Shown: in pieces, positions 46,900-59,200 of the stretch
How the letters are laid out: each line of letters starts with the position of its first letter
Numbering within the stretch: position 1 is the stretch's first letter
NCBI RefSeq assembly: GCF_021869535.1
Contig: NW_026262734.1
Coordinates: 41,726,001 to 41,790,000, forward strand
Direction: 5' to 3'
Origin: Mytilus californianus
Lineage: Eukaryota
Length of the DNA: 64,000 bases
The notes under the pieces: generated by a model
Seen by the model: the letters and a program-made list of their open reading frames with translations, nothing else
The model's database searches: none
What the model was told of the DNA's origin: nothing
Position numbers and translations under genes: made by a program

Positions 46900-47950
46900 A
46901 AATGATCAAAGTATGGTAGTAAAGAGGAATCAGACAACAAATGGAAAATCTCAATGATAATTCGTAAGAAGAAATTTAAGATTTTGAGTAGACGACACAG
47001 CCGTGGAAACTACTAGTAGGTCAAAGTTATTTTCCTTTACCAAGGATAGAGGACATATTTGATGCTCATGGTAATACAGAAGCCAATATTTAGTACGGTT
47101 AGCATCTTGGCAATACAGCCATGACCCTAAACCAGCACACACAGATATTTTTGTCACTCAAACTAGGGTATACCAGTGGAGGCGTTTACCGTTTGGTTTG
47201 GTTTCTGCATCATTCTTTTTCCAACCTTTGTTGACCCAGGTTCTAAGAAAACTTACCTACACAAGGGCTTGGTTTATGTTGATTGCATTCTAACCTTTAT
47301 CTAGTCCTTTGAGCAACATTTGCAATATTTTTAGTTGGCTTTTAAAGCTCATTTTTGTAGGTGTTATCCTCAAGCCCAGTGAATGCCCCATTGCTCTACC
47401 TGAGGTGATACAAACCTGGTATCTTGGTATTGATATTTCAAAAAAGGGCCAGACAGATAATTCTTAAGTGGAAGCCGAAAAGTCATTTCCAACTGAAAAA
47501 CTACAAAAAACAAAACATCCTTTCTTGGCTTGACAAAATATACCAGAAAATTTATTATAGGGTACAGTCAAATTGCGTTTACCAGACTCCTCAGACTTTA
47601 TGTTCCTTTTGAATGATCAGACAAGTACCAAATGACATTCAACAAACTTAAACAATGTTACGTTATGCACATATTCTAGCCAATCCTAACATGTCAAGGT
47701 CCTTTGTTCTCGCCTCAGTGTCAGTGGCTCAGTTATTGCGTACATGCTAGGTCAATAGAACTTAAATGATTTAGAAAGAGGGATAACATGTAAAGGTCTT
47801 TTTTTGTCGAAAGATTAGAAGGCTTTACACACAAGTGAAATGAATCAAATCAAAACAGTCATGCTGTTTCTGCTGTTTCGGAAAACCTTCTATAGTATTG
47901 TATCGGATCATGAGGAAACTTGTTGCGGTGTAACCCACATTTAAAATGTA
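46900..47950 (+). pseudogene. Decayed Ty3/Gypsy pol (RT to RNase H) remnant
   Basis: QSYFPLPRIEDIFD at 47022, YQWRRLPFGL at 47171, LKPSEC, FLGLTKYTRKFI.GYSQIA; many stops and frameshifts; no LTRs seen. Confidence 0.8.
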
Positions 47951-48146
47951 AAACCATAATATTTTGCAAGTTCAGACTATCCACAGACCTACTCAGTTGC
48001 ATAACGCGAGTACAAGATATAAAAATAAGAAAGATGTGGTATTATTGCCAATGAGACAACTCTCCATCACGAAAAACATTAGTTAAACACTTCAAGAGAA
48101 AGATCATTTTAACTTTAATAATGCTATAGGAATAGTGCAATTTTCA

Positions 48147-49140
48147 ATTTTTATGCACCCGCCGTAGCGGAGGGGCATTAAGTTTTACCCTTGTCTGTCC
48201 GTACATCCCAAAGTTCAAGTTTGAATTTTGGTGGCGTCACTTTAACCGTTCTAGAGTTATGCCCCTTTACAAATGGAAAAATTGCTGAATTTTTCGTTTC
48301 CGTTCTATAACTTTAGTTTGCCTCAACCAAATGTTATGAAACTTGTACACAATGCTAATTACCACAAAACACAGATCAAGTTTGAATTTTTGTGACGTCA
48401 TTTTAACCGTTCTAGAGTTATGCCCCTTTGCAAATGGAAAAAATGATGAATTTTTCGTTTCTGTTCTCTAACTTAAATTATCCTCAACCAAATGTTATGA
48501 AACTTAAACACAATGCTTATTACCACAAAATACAGATTAAATTTGAATTTTGGTGGTGTCACGTTTACTATTCTAGAGTTATGCTCCTTTACAAATGGAA
48601 AAATTGCTGAATTTTTCGTTTCCGTTCTCTTACTTAAGTTATCCTCAACCAAATGTTATGAAACTTGTACACAATGCTTATTACCACAAAACACAGATCA
48701 AGTTTGAATTTTGGTGGCGTCACTTTAACCGTTCTAGAGTTATGCCCCTTTACAAATGGAAAAATTGCTGAATTTTTCGTTTCCGTTCTCTAACTTAAGT
48801 TATCCTCAACCAAATGTTATGAAACTTATACACAATGCTTATTACCCAAAATACTGATCAAGTTTGAATTTTGGTGGTGTCACTTTTACTGTTCTAGAGT
48901 TATGTCCCTTTACAAATGGAAAAATTGCTGAATTTTTCGTTTTTATTCTCTAACTTAAGTTTGCCTCAACCAAATATTATGAAACTTATATACAATACTT
49001 ATTACCACAAAACTCAGATCAAGTTCAAATTTGGGTAGCGTCACTTTTACCGTTCTTCAGTTATGTCCCTTTATAACTTTATATGATATGCAAGCGGGGG
49101 CATCATCTGTGTCCCATGGACACATTCCACATTTATTTTT
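48147..49140 (+). mobile_element. Family D HINE-like element with 161-bp tandem repeats
   Basis: CTAGAGTTATG anchors at 48251, 48412, 48573, 48734 and 48894; CCGCCGTAGCGG hairpin head; GCGGGGGCATC tail. Confidence 0.78.
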
Positions 49141-50379
49141 AATTCAACAGCAGCCACTAAAATTTGGATTACCTCTGTTAAAGGAAAACGCTCCGAAGTC
49201 TTCTTTGGAGAAAAGATCGAACAGAAAGAAACGAGACCAATCCAGGTGAACTTGTAATTCAAATGAAAGATTTGTATGCAAAATTGATGAAACGAAAAGA
49301 ACAGTATCATCAGGATGACATATTATTCAAGACTGCAATGGAACGGAAAAAAGAACACATCAGAATAGATTAAAGAACTGAAAGTAGATAATCAAAATCA
49401 TTTTTTTACAAATAAAAAACAGAAATTGTCAAACTGAAAACTGTTTCCGAGGAGATAAACCTTTTACACACAATATATATATAGAGATTCAGGAAGTAAC
49501 AGGGTTCGCGATTCCGTTATTTCGATCTACCTGCGAATCGCGGAGTTCCTTTCAGTTGTAGAAAGATAAAAAAATCTATGACATTGAAAAAAATCATCCA
49601 AATCTTTTTTTTCTAATTTCGGACATATGGACCCCATTTCCATTCTCAATTTTATTATAATTTATTTATTTAAAATATTTTCTGTCTGAATTTATGCTTA
49701 ATAGTTTCTGACATATTAATTCAGAATTCAATTATCGTGGTGTTTTAAATTACTTTCATCACTTTTGTTTATCAAGCGTGCAGGAAATACTGCATGACGA
49801 TTTACAAAGAGAAATACATCACTTTGTGTCCGTTGTTGTCGTCCATCCGTCTGTTAACCTTTTACAGTCTAATCTTCTCCTTTGAAAATACTGAACCAAA
49901 TGGAACCAAACTTGGCAGCAATGTTCTTGTGAAGATCCAGTACAGGATTTTAATTTTGGTGCCGATCGAATATTCAACATGACTGCAAGGCTTAAGAATG
50001 GCAGAGTTTTCAAAACGTTAACATAAGACCTTACGGGAAATACATACAAACAACTTCGAAACCGTTTGACACATTTAATTGATAATATATATATGAAAAC
50101 AAGGAGATGTGGTATGATTGCTAATGAGACAGTTATCCACCAAAGTTTAAATGAAGTGGATGTAAGCAATATACCTGTATGAAGATGCCGGCTGTACCGA
50201 GATTGTAATTTAGATTCCGATTGTAAATTTCCAAGATGACTACCACTGAAAGACAGTTAACACAGGACCCAATGGGAAAAAATAAAAACATCTTCTTAGA
50301 AATGTTTGACAGATTGAATGGATAGCTTGTTTGAGTGATCAAATAATGATCCCATTTTTCCACCGGTAAGCTACTCATA

Positions 50380-50670
50380 GATAGAAGAAGATGTGGTATG
50401 AGTGCCAATGAGACAACTCTCCATCCAAGTCAAAATTTATGAAAGTAAACCATTATAGGTCAAAGTACGGTCTTCAACACGGAGCCTTGGCTCACACCGA
50501 ACAGCAAGCTATAAAGGGCCCCAAAAATTACTAGTGTAAAACCATTCAAACGGGAAAACCAACGGTCTAATCTATATAAAAAACGAGAAACGAGAAACAC
50601 TTATGAACCACATCAACAAACGACAACTACTGAACATCAGATTCCTGACTTAGGACAGGTGCAAACAATT
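50380..50670. repeat. Abundant dispersed repeat (AGATGTGGTATGAGTGCCAATGAGACAACTCTCC...), possibly SINE-like
   Basis: Longest copy here; shorter copies at about 11965, 18630 (reverse), 28648, 41443, 48030, 50105 and 51216. Confidence 0.65.
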
Positions 50671-51660
50671 ACAGCCTTGATTTAAGGTCTACATGTCTAT
50701 TATAAATGAAAACAACTCTTTTTTATGAATTGTATGCGTCCGAAATGCTTTTCTATACTAACCTTCGTCGGGAACGCTCAATGGCGAATATTTGAAAGCG
50801 ATCGAAAGATTTATAAGAACCAAAACAGTTGGAGAGCTATATGACGAAAAGGGACCTAAAATAACAGCCAGATCCAAATCTATCGCAGGTCAATTTTACC
50901 TGAGGGAGATTCATCTTTCTCTGAGAGGGTTAATAAAATTATATGGTTCATTGATCCACGTTAAGTTTGACGGTGATAAAGTCTTTGACTCAGATATTTT
51001 AAATAATAGGTCAATCATATCTCAGTTGACATATATAATTATTGTAAGGTGTATATGCCCTTGTGGCGTTGATCCTTTGATTTGGACCTCCTTTTCAAGG
51101 TTCATTCGTCGGTTTTAAGTTTTCGTAATAAGTTCTGTTTCTCAGGTTCTATAAGTAATTAGTCAACTGTATTCGTTTAATAGAATGGAATTACGCAAGG
51201 TGTATATAGATATAAGAAGATGTGGTATGAGTGCCAATGAGACAACTCTCCATCCAAGTCACAATTTGTAAAAGTAAACCATTATAGGTCAAAGTATATG
51301 TCCGTCTGACAGGATTCATCTGACGAGTAAATTTTCATTGTTTATTAATTGTTAATGTTCATGTGATACTAGTACGTACCTTTTGTAAGACAATGATCTT
51401 AAAAACTTTCAACATAGAATTCTTACCCGAATACAAATTTATTTTGGTCAAAGGGTGTGGCCAATGTTGTTCAGAAGGAAATAACCTACCAAATGCATAA
51501 AAACAGGCAATTCGGCTGAAATCCTGAAAAATATCATACTTTTGAAGTTGTCATCATGTTTAAAACAAACATCAGAAAACAAAAGAGTGGCTTATTTAAG
51601 ATCGTAAACATAGGTTTTCACACAATGATCTTACCAGGTACGGATCCAGGATTTTGAAAA

Positions 51661-51661
<1 letters not shown>

Positions 51662-51725
<64 letters not shown>
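51662..51725 (+). repeat. (TG)n followed by a G homopolymer of about 50 nt
   Basis: Directly visible. Confidence 0.9.
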
Positions 51726-51726
<1 letters not shown>

Positions 51727-51809
51727 GTTGTCAAGCTAACGTTTAGGGTGATACTTGTAAAAAGTCTATTCATCTTCGTACTTTCTCCTTTACAGAAAAT
51801 GAACATTTT

Positions 51810-52405
51810 AATGATATTTCATGTCAACACAAAACAAAAGTAATGGCTGGTGATATTCTCGGGGACGAAACTTCCACCAGCATTGGCATAGACCCTGTGG
51901 TTATACAAATCCACAAAGATACCAGGCATATAACTTGGTGCGCCAGACGCACGTTCTGTCTACATAAGACTCATCAGTGGCGCTTGAATGAAAACAGTTA
52001 AAAGACCAAAATTAATATGAATTTGAAAAGCGTTGAAAACCAAAAATTCCGAAAAGTTGTGCCAAATACGGCCAATGTTTTCTTTGCCTGGGGGTAGAAA
52101 AACTATAGTGCTTCGATAATTTGTTTACATTTTATAAACGGTAAATCTAAAATTTACAGAAAAGTTAACATATCAATGATATCTCATGTCAACACTCAAG
52201 TGATGACTACTAGGCTGGTGACCCAAGAGAAACCAAACGTCCACCAACAGTGGTATTGACCCTGGCAGTGGTTGTAAAAACTAATCAGATATACCAGGCT
52301 TATAACTTGGTACGTCAGACGCGTGTTTCGTCTACAAAGACTCATTGGTGTCACTCGAATAAAAAAAGTCAAAAGGTTAAATCAATACGAAGAAGTTGTG
52401 CCAAA
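51810..52405 (+). repeat. Two adjacent copies of a dispersed repeat (GATACCAGG...CAGACGC..GTCTACA.AGACTCAT)
   Basis: 51810-52110 and 52170-52405 share this core; the second is cut by the LINE fragment. Confidence 0.55.
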
Positions 52406-53010
52406 TACGGTATTATTATTTTAACGCAATTTAGATGTTCAGCTACATTCCTTAATTATGATCTCTTTCAAATAATATTTGTATCAGATCCATCTTGTCG
52501 CTGTGGGAATCCCCGTGAAGAATCTAATCATTTCTTCTTTAAATGTCCTTTATATACAAATTTACGTCACATTCTTAGGAATAGTCTTAGTTGGTTACCA
52601 GATGACCTTGTCTTGGATCTAAAGATTTTAATATCTGGTAGTATAAATCTGACAAATGAGCAAAATGAAGAAATATTTAGAAATGTTTTTGATTATATAA
52701 AAAAGACCAAAAGGTTCCTTGTTTACTGATCATGTGTATAAGCTGAATGTAGTGATCCACACACACACACACATGCATATATATTTTTTTTACTTCTTCC
52801 TTTCTTTCCCCTTTTCTATACTGTTTCTTAATATGTCATTTAAAGTACAGATGTTTGAATATATATTTTGTAATAATAAATTTGATATTTGCATGCTATG
52901 AAATTCTATTGTCTAATATTGTATCTTAGGAGAAGACTATCTAAGTTGGACTAACTTGTGTCTAATCCTTTTTGTTAGTTTTTTTTTTGCAAATAAAATA
53001 TGTTTAAACT
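52405..53010 (+). mobile_element. 3' end fragment of a CR1-group LINE
   Basis: Peptide LNYDLF...PSCRCG...EESNHFFFKCPLY...IFRNVFDYIKKTKRF, then 3'UTR and an AATAAAATATGTTTAAACTAAAC end. Confidence 0.75.
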
Positions 53011-53921
53011 AAACTACGGTAAAACGATATTTTTGCCTTATTTTAATATAAAAAAAGGTGTAAGAGGAAAACTGAAAAGTTAGAAATGACAACCAGGTCT
53101 ACAGTAAAATGTTCACCCATTTTGCACCTGAAATGTCCTTTTTTAGCTTAATTCGCAGTTTATGACTATTTCTTAAAAACTATATAGGTAATAGATAAAG
53201 AGAAACGTTTGCCATATAAAAGAAAATAGCAGCTTCAGCTAATATTCATTGCCTCTTGATTAATAAAAAAAATCAGCAAGAAAAACCCTACTGGTAATAC
53301 ATTGATTGCAATCTTCAATCGACTTCTTGTTGTGGTAATTTTCATTAAAAAATTTGATTATAAAAAAAAAAAAAAATTCTGACGGAGTGGATCTGGATCA
53401 AACCTTGTCAATATCTTACTTCGTGTTGTTAATCTGGCTGCCACATACATTTTAAAATTGCACATGTTTTTCTGTGTACCTCTAGTAAGTTGCTTCGAGT
53501 TTTTAAAGCACATTTATCTGAAAATTATTTTAGGGAGCAGGGGCGGATCCAGCCATTTTTAAAAGGGGGTTCCTACCCAGGATAAAGGGGGGGGGGGGGG
53601 TTTCCAACCATAAATTATGTCCCCATCCAAAAGCATTGATCGTCAAAAAAAGGGGGTTCCAACCGCCGCTCCTCGCCAATTCCCGGCAAAACATTAGAAT
53701 ATGGGTGGTATCATTCGAAAAATGGACCGGAATTCTACCTACCTATTTAATTTGTTTCAAATAAGTTTTTAATGTTTTCTAATCTGCTTCGATGCTTAAC
53801 CTATGGCTTGTTATATCTGATAATGTATATTATATAATAAATGATTGGGCGTGCAAAATTTTGATTTGAAATTAAAACCATGCACATACTAGGTAAATGT
53901 GTTTACATGAAGATACTGAGA

Positions 53922-55534
53922 CAGAGCTCCAGATAAGCTGCGTATTTGCGTGATCACGCAATAAAAATAATTAAAAACCCAATGCAATTGCCCATTGCAG
54001 GGTTCAATAACCCAATTAATTCAAAGGAAAACCCAATTATATGCCAAAAACATGGGTTCTTAACGCTTTTATTCGCTATCGTTTGCGTTATTTACCCTTA
54101 CTTGATTACAGTCGTCGCGTAAATCTATTTTTATAATATTTATAATTGGAAAATGTCCTTTCGTTCTAAAAATAGAGCCCTGCATCAAGTAGCTGTAATG
54201 GGTCCCTGTTGGAATTTTCCGTTGCTCAAAAGGTACACGTGTTTATGAAAACATTTCGATCTTCTCGGCGTTTATCCAATTAGCGTGTGACATGCTGTCA
54301 TATTTTTTCGAATTGCTAGGGCATTATCATAACATACAATGAATTAAAACGAAAGTAAATGTCCGGTAAAAATATTGAATAGAAGCATGTTTTCTGCTTC
54401 TTTTTGATAGCTGAGGGAAAGTTATGATGATAACAAGACTCAGCTAGTGATTTTAGGAAGCGGCAATTGAACGCACGGTCGTGTTTGCGTACCATAACGA
54501 GAACATTGCTAGAGCGATAAACACGGGGTTCCGTCAAAAAAGAAATCAGTTGGAAAAAGTGAAAGGCCAAATCAATTATGACATGATATGTAGTTTGAAA
54601 GCATCGGAAACCACAAGTTCTGATAAGGGACAACTTAACCCAGATTTATGTAAATTGAATTAAAAGAAAACAGTTTATATATTATTTTTTCATTTTAGTT
54701 GATGAGTGAATACACATATCCGTTTTTTACGTCAATGCAGCTTGACACTTTCTTTGTTTTTGGTCTAATTGTTCTAGATGCTTAAGATAGTTGTCTTATT
54801 GGCAAGTGCAGTATAACATTGTCATTTATTTACTTGATGTTGCAGAATTATTTGTAAATTTAAGTTGAATGTGGTCTCTGTCATTATAAACCACCCTATA
54901 AACCTCAAGGTTTTGGGGGTATATCTTAAATCTGGAAACTACTTTTTATTTTTATTAAAAAGTAGATCTGGCAAATAGGTGAAAGGACTGGCAAATAGGT
55001 GAAAGGACTGGCAAAACTTTCTTACAGCACCTAAATTTCAAATATATTACACAAAAATCTAAACACTTAGTCACACCTACCCCAACTATAATTAAACTGT
55101 AGGGTGATCATATGGGATCTAGAAAGGCAATTAGTTCCTGTCCAACTAGTGACACCAGCTGCAGTTTACATAAGTTTTGAGAAAATACAAAACTGACAGA
55201 ACGTTTAAAACGGTTCACAAATTAAATGTACAATTGCTAGTCAGTGAATAAACCAAATAAAACAGCTAGCACATATTCTACAAAGAAAGAAACACATTTA
55301 AGATGGAAACACATCTGGGGTTGATATAATGTGATTATAACATGCCTAAATATTCAATATTGTGTTGATGAAAAAACCCAATACATTAAGGAGCTTGGTG
55401 GTGAAAAACCCAATTTGATATTTGCTTGAGGGGTGAATTGGAATTGATAATGCAATTAAAAAACTTTATCACCCAATTACATATAAAAATGGTGGGTAAA
55501 AACCCCAATTTGTGAATTCTTATCTGGAGCTCTG
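53922..55534. mobile_element. 1.6-kb TIR element, 16-bp TIR CAGAGCTCCAGATAAG, 5-bp TSD TGAGA (hAT5-like)
   Basis: Perfect 16-bp inverted ends; TGAGA at 53917-53921 and 55535-55539; ACCCAAT subterminal repeats near both ends. Confidence 0.78.
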
Positions 55535-55535
55535 T

Positions 55536-56250
55536 GAGATAAGCTGAAGTGATCTGTTTTCTAAATGTGTCGACTGTGGAACGGCCATTGTATGGAGTGG
55601 GAGTAAATTCCATTGAACTATTGTATACGGAAAGAATGGGAATTGTATGTATCTTTAGTGGTTAAGATTGGCCGGTATGTGGAGTCATGATTTGTTTTTT
55701 TATAATCTTGTAGAACATAATTTAATCTTGAAAGTGTTCTCCTTTCTTGTAATGCTAACCATTTTAAAATTTTGATACGCTTTTGAAAGTATGGTATCGA
55801 TTGCAGACATATCACACATATCTGGCAGTTCTTATTTGGACCATCTAAATTTTTGTAATCTGCTCAGTAGTATGAGGAAAAAAATTGAGCATGAATACTC
55901 CAGTTTTGGTCGAACAAGTGCCAGACAAGCCTGATTTTGATGTAGCTTGATGTTTTTAAATATCTTTTTAAGGAGCCTAGTGATTTCTTGCCATTATCTA
56001 TGATGTTCTATGTATGTTTTTGCAATTTTAAGTTTGATTGCTGTATAATGTCCAGAAATTTAGCCGAGTTTGAAGTTTATGAAGAATGTAGCCCTGTTTT
56101 TTTTTTTTAAGTTTTTTAAAGTAAGAAGAGTTACCGTAAGAAGTGTGTATCTGTCTGGATGGAATGCCAGAGGTGCCTGAGGTGACTGGTCAGATGACTC
56201 TTCGTCCAGAAAAATTGTTTGTGTACGATCGGTAAGAAAAATTTCTGACA
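55536..56250 (-). pseudogene. Degenerate CR1-group LINE reverse transcriptase remnant
   Basis: Frameshifted motifs FLTDRTQT..LD.ESSD, LVRPKLEYS, VQ.R.ARYVC and LKW..LQERR..SRL. The 3' end appears to continue below 53921, on the far side of the inserted TIR element. Confidence 0.75.
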
Positions 56251-59200
56251 AAAAACCATAACCCCCCCCCCCCCCCCCCCCTTGAATTTAAATGGTTGCT
56301 CCCTTAGGTGTAAGTTATCGTCGTATAAAAGTTTCATGAACGAATCATGTTGTTCTTGGTCTGGTTTCCATGGTATATAAATTGCATGCACACGTATAAA
56401 AATTGCGGTTTTTATCCAACGCAATCATAGGTTTGAACGTTGTTTTCAATTTAGACTTGTTTATATTTTTTCGTTTGGGCTTGTATTATATTTGCCTTCG
56501 GGTTTAAATATGATCCGTTCATCCTATTTTGACTCCTCAAAATTCAAGAGTCTATCCTAAATTGAGGTAAATTGTATGGCTTTCCGAATCCCGTTTTGAT
56601 TCCTAACATCACTTAAGAGACATTAATTGTCGAAATCCGGATATGGTGTACAAAAACCTTTGCACCTTTTGTTTGCGGTATAACATCTTTTCCGCAAGTT
56701 TATTGTTTTCTGTTTAGTATTAAATTTATAATTAAGATCCATTTATTACATCGGTGATCCGTTTATTTGGCAATCGCCAATGGCAGTCAGCAGGGTTTAA
56801 GAACATTAATTTTGTTGTTCGACCTGTTAGTCAAATGCGTTTTGTTAAAATATACTTTTTCACTTTTTTGGTCTTTTGGAAAATGTTGTTTGTGCTGTAT
56901 TTAGACCCCCAGTGGCGGATCCATAACTTTTCATAAGGGGGGCCCGCTGACTGAATAAGGGGGCGGGGGGGGGGGAGGGGGGCTCCAGTCATGCTTCAGT
57001 GATTCCCTATATAATCAATCAAATTTTTCCCACGAAAGGGGGGGGGCCCATGGATGTCCACAATTATTTCAGGACCTCTACAATTCGATTTCATTAATTA
57101 TATCCTTTCATCGAATTGTGGAGGTCCTGAAATAATAATAGGCCTCCTTAAATATTTAATGATATCCTGAAATTGAATTGTGGAGGTCCTGGAATATATA
57201 ATCATGGAGCTAAATAACTTGATATTAAGGATATCCTGAAATATTCGTGTAAGGACTGAAATAAAGTTATGTTGACCGAATATTTGTGGAGGACCTGAAT
57301 TATTTTTAGGATATCATGAAATCGAATTTCTGAGGTCCTGAAATATTTCAGAAGCTCCTCAATGCTTTATACATGTTATTAAGGAATTGTATATTTAAAT
57401 ATATAATTCTTTGATGTTATAGATCGATCCTGAAATCGAATTATATCGGAGGTCCTGAAATATTTCAAGAGTTCTTTAAATGCAATAATTTTGACTAAAT
57501 CATCGCCTCATACCATGCCATACCTTCCTTAACCTGTGTTAATCAAAAGTATTGATAGGCATATTTTTTGTAACGGCATGTGCCTTTGACTTGAGAAAAA
57601 CAAAAAACACAATCTGGGATCAGACACAATGTATTATGAACCAGCTGTGACATAGAAATATCCTATCCCGGAATGTATACACATTCTTTCCGTATAGTTT
57701 TATGTTCGCGCCAAAATGTCAGTCACAATCACAATCACGTGTGATGATTTATTTACAAACTGACTGGCGGGATATTGCAAGTAAATAGGGAAGAAAGGTT
57801 AGAAAGGTAAATTTTCCAGTTTCATGCAATACATAATAACCATTTTTGTAAAGTGTGCAGTCTTTGCACCCATGTTCTGTTGAATTATCTGATTTATCCC
57901 ATCAAGTAAATAATTCTCACTTCTAGCTTGACCCCCCTCTTTTACCTATATCCTGTAGATACATGTATGACAATGCATGATTTACAAACCTTTGTGACAA
58001 TTAAAACTCTCATATGAGTAATAAATACAGCTGACATAAGTAATGTTATTTTAAAGGAAACAGCTTGAGTCAGGAAATAAAAAAAGACATAAAAAATATG
58101 GTAATGACTAATGTAAAAAGTATAGCATTTAATCCATATAAACTGAATTAATATTATATCAATTAAATCATGATAAACATATTGAAGTTATTATTAATTA
58201 TTTACAGTATATCAAAATAATATTACGTCAGCTAACATGGCTAAATTAACTATCATAATGGTATAATTTTTAAAGATTGAATAGTGCGACTTTTTATGAT
58301 ATGACTTTTTGTACATGTGACAGATTTCTGTCCAGCATTCTGTTTTATCAAGGATTTGTATAGTAAGATCTTACTATACAAATCCATGGTTTTATTAATG
58401 TGGGTTTCATTAAAATATAATATACATGTAGAAATTCTGAAAATAACTTACTGAAATCTTATATTTGATATTGTCATTTGATTATGGTCTTGGCTGTTTT
58501 CGGGATATAGGGATTACAATTTGGCTGCGACGTTGAAACTATTTGTTTCAAGCTTTATATTTCAGAAGGTAGACATGGTAGAAGACCAGAACGCTTCATA
58601 CATAACCTTGTATGCAGATGCCGTATGTTACAAAGTTTCGGTCTGTCATATGTCCATTGTCCTTGACAGCATTCTCATGATTCAGCGACTGCTTGAAAAA
58701 ACAGTTTTTTTGTCATGTTAATTCTCACTTATTATACATTTTAATAAGATACCTATAATCATGATAATATATGGGTTCCTTGTAAGGTTTACATGTCCAT
58801 CAGACCAAGTTAACCTGACCTCAACCTCATTTCATGGTTCAGTGATCAAGGTAAAGTTTATGTGGTCAAGTCTGTATCTCAGATATTTTTGTTGACGATT
58901 AAGTCATTAAAAAGAGAAGATTGTAACCAAGAAATATACCTCAATTATTCATTTTCCAAAACAAAATAAAAAGGATTTCGAAATATTTGTGTTGCCTTAA
59001 ATTTTCAGATTACACAATGATGGAGTGACAACTGATGCCTATATTTCTCCCCTGGTTGCAATGTTTACTTGTAATAAAAATGATAAAAAAATCTTCACAA
59101 CATTAAACATGAAGCTGCCAATATTGTTACATAGTCTTGAAAAATTATGAATTCAAGTTGACCCTTGAAAATATCTTTCATGTCTGTTTACCTCTAATAT

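Noticed and set aside
50792-51118. 108-aa ORF
   Set aside because: It lies across degenerate dispersed repeats, with no motif and no convincing splice signals.
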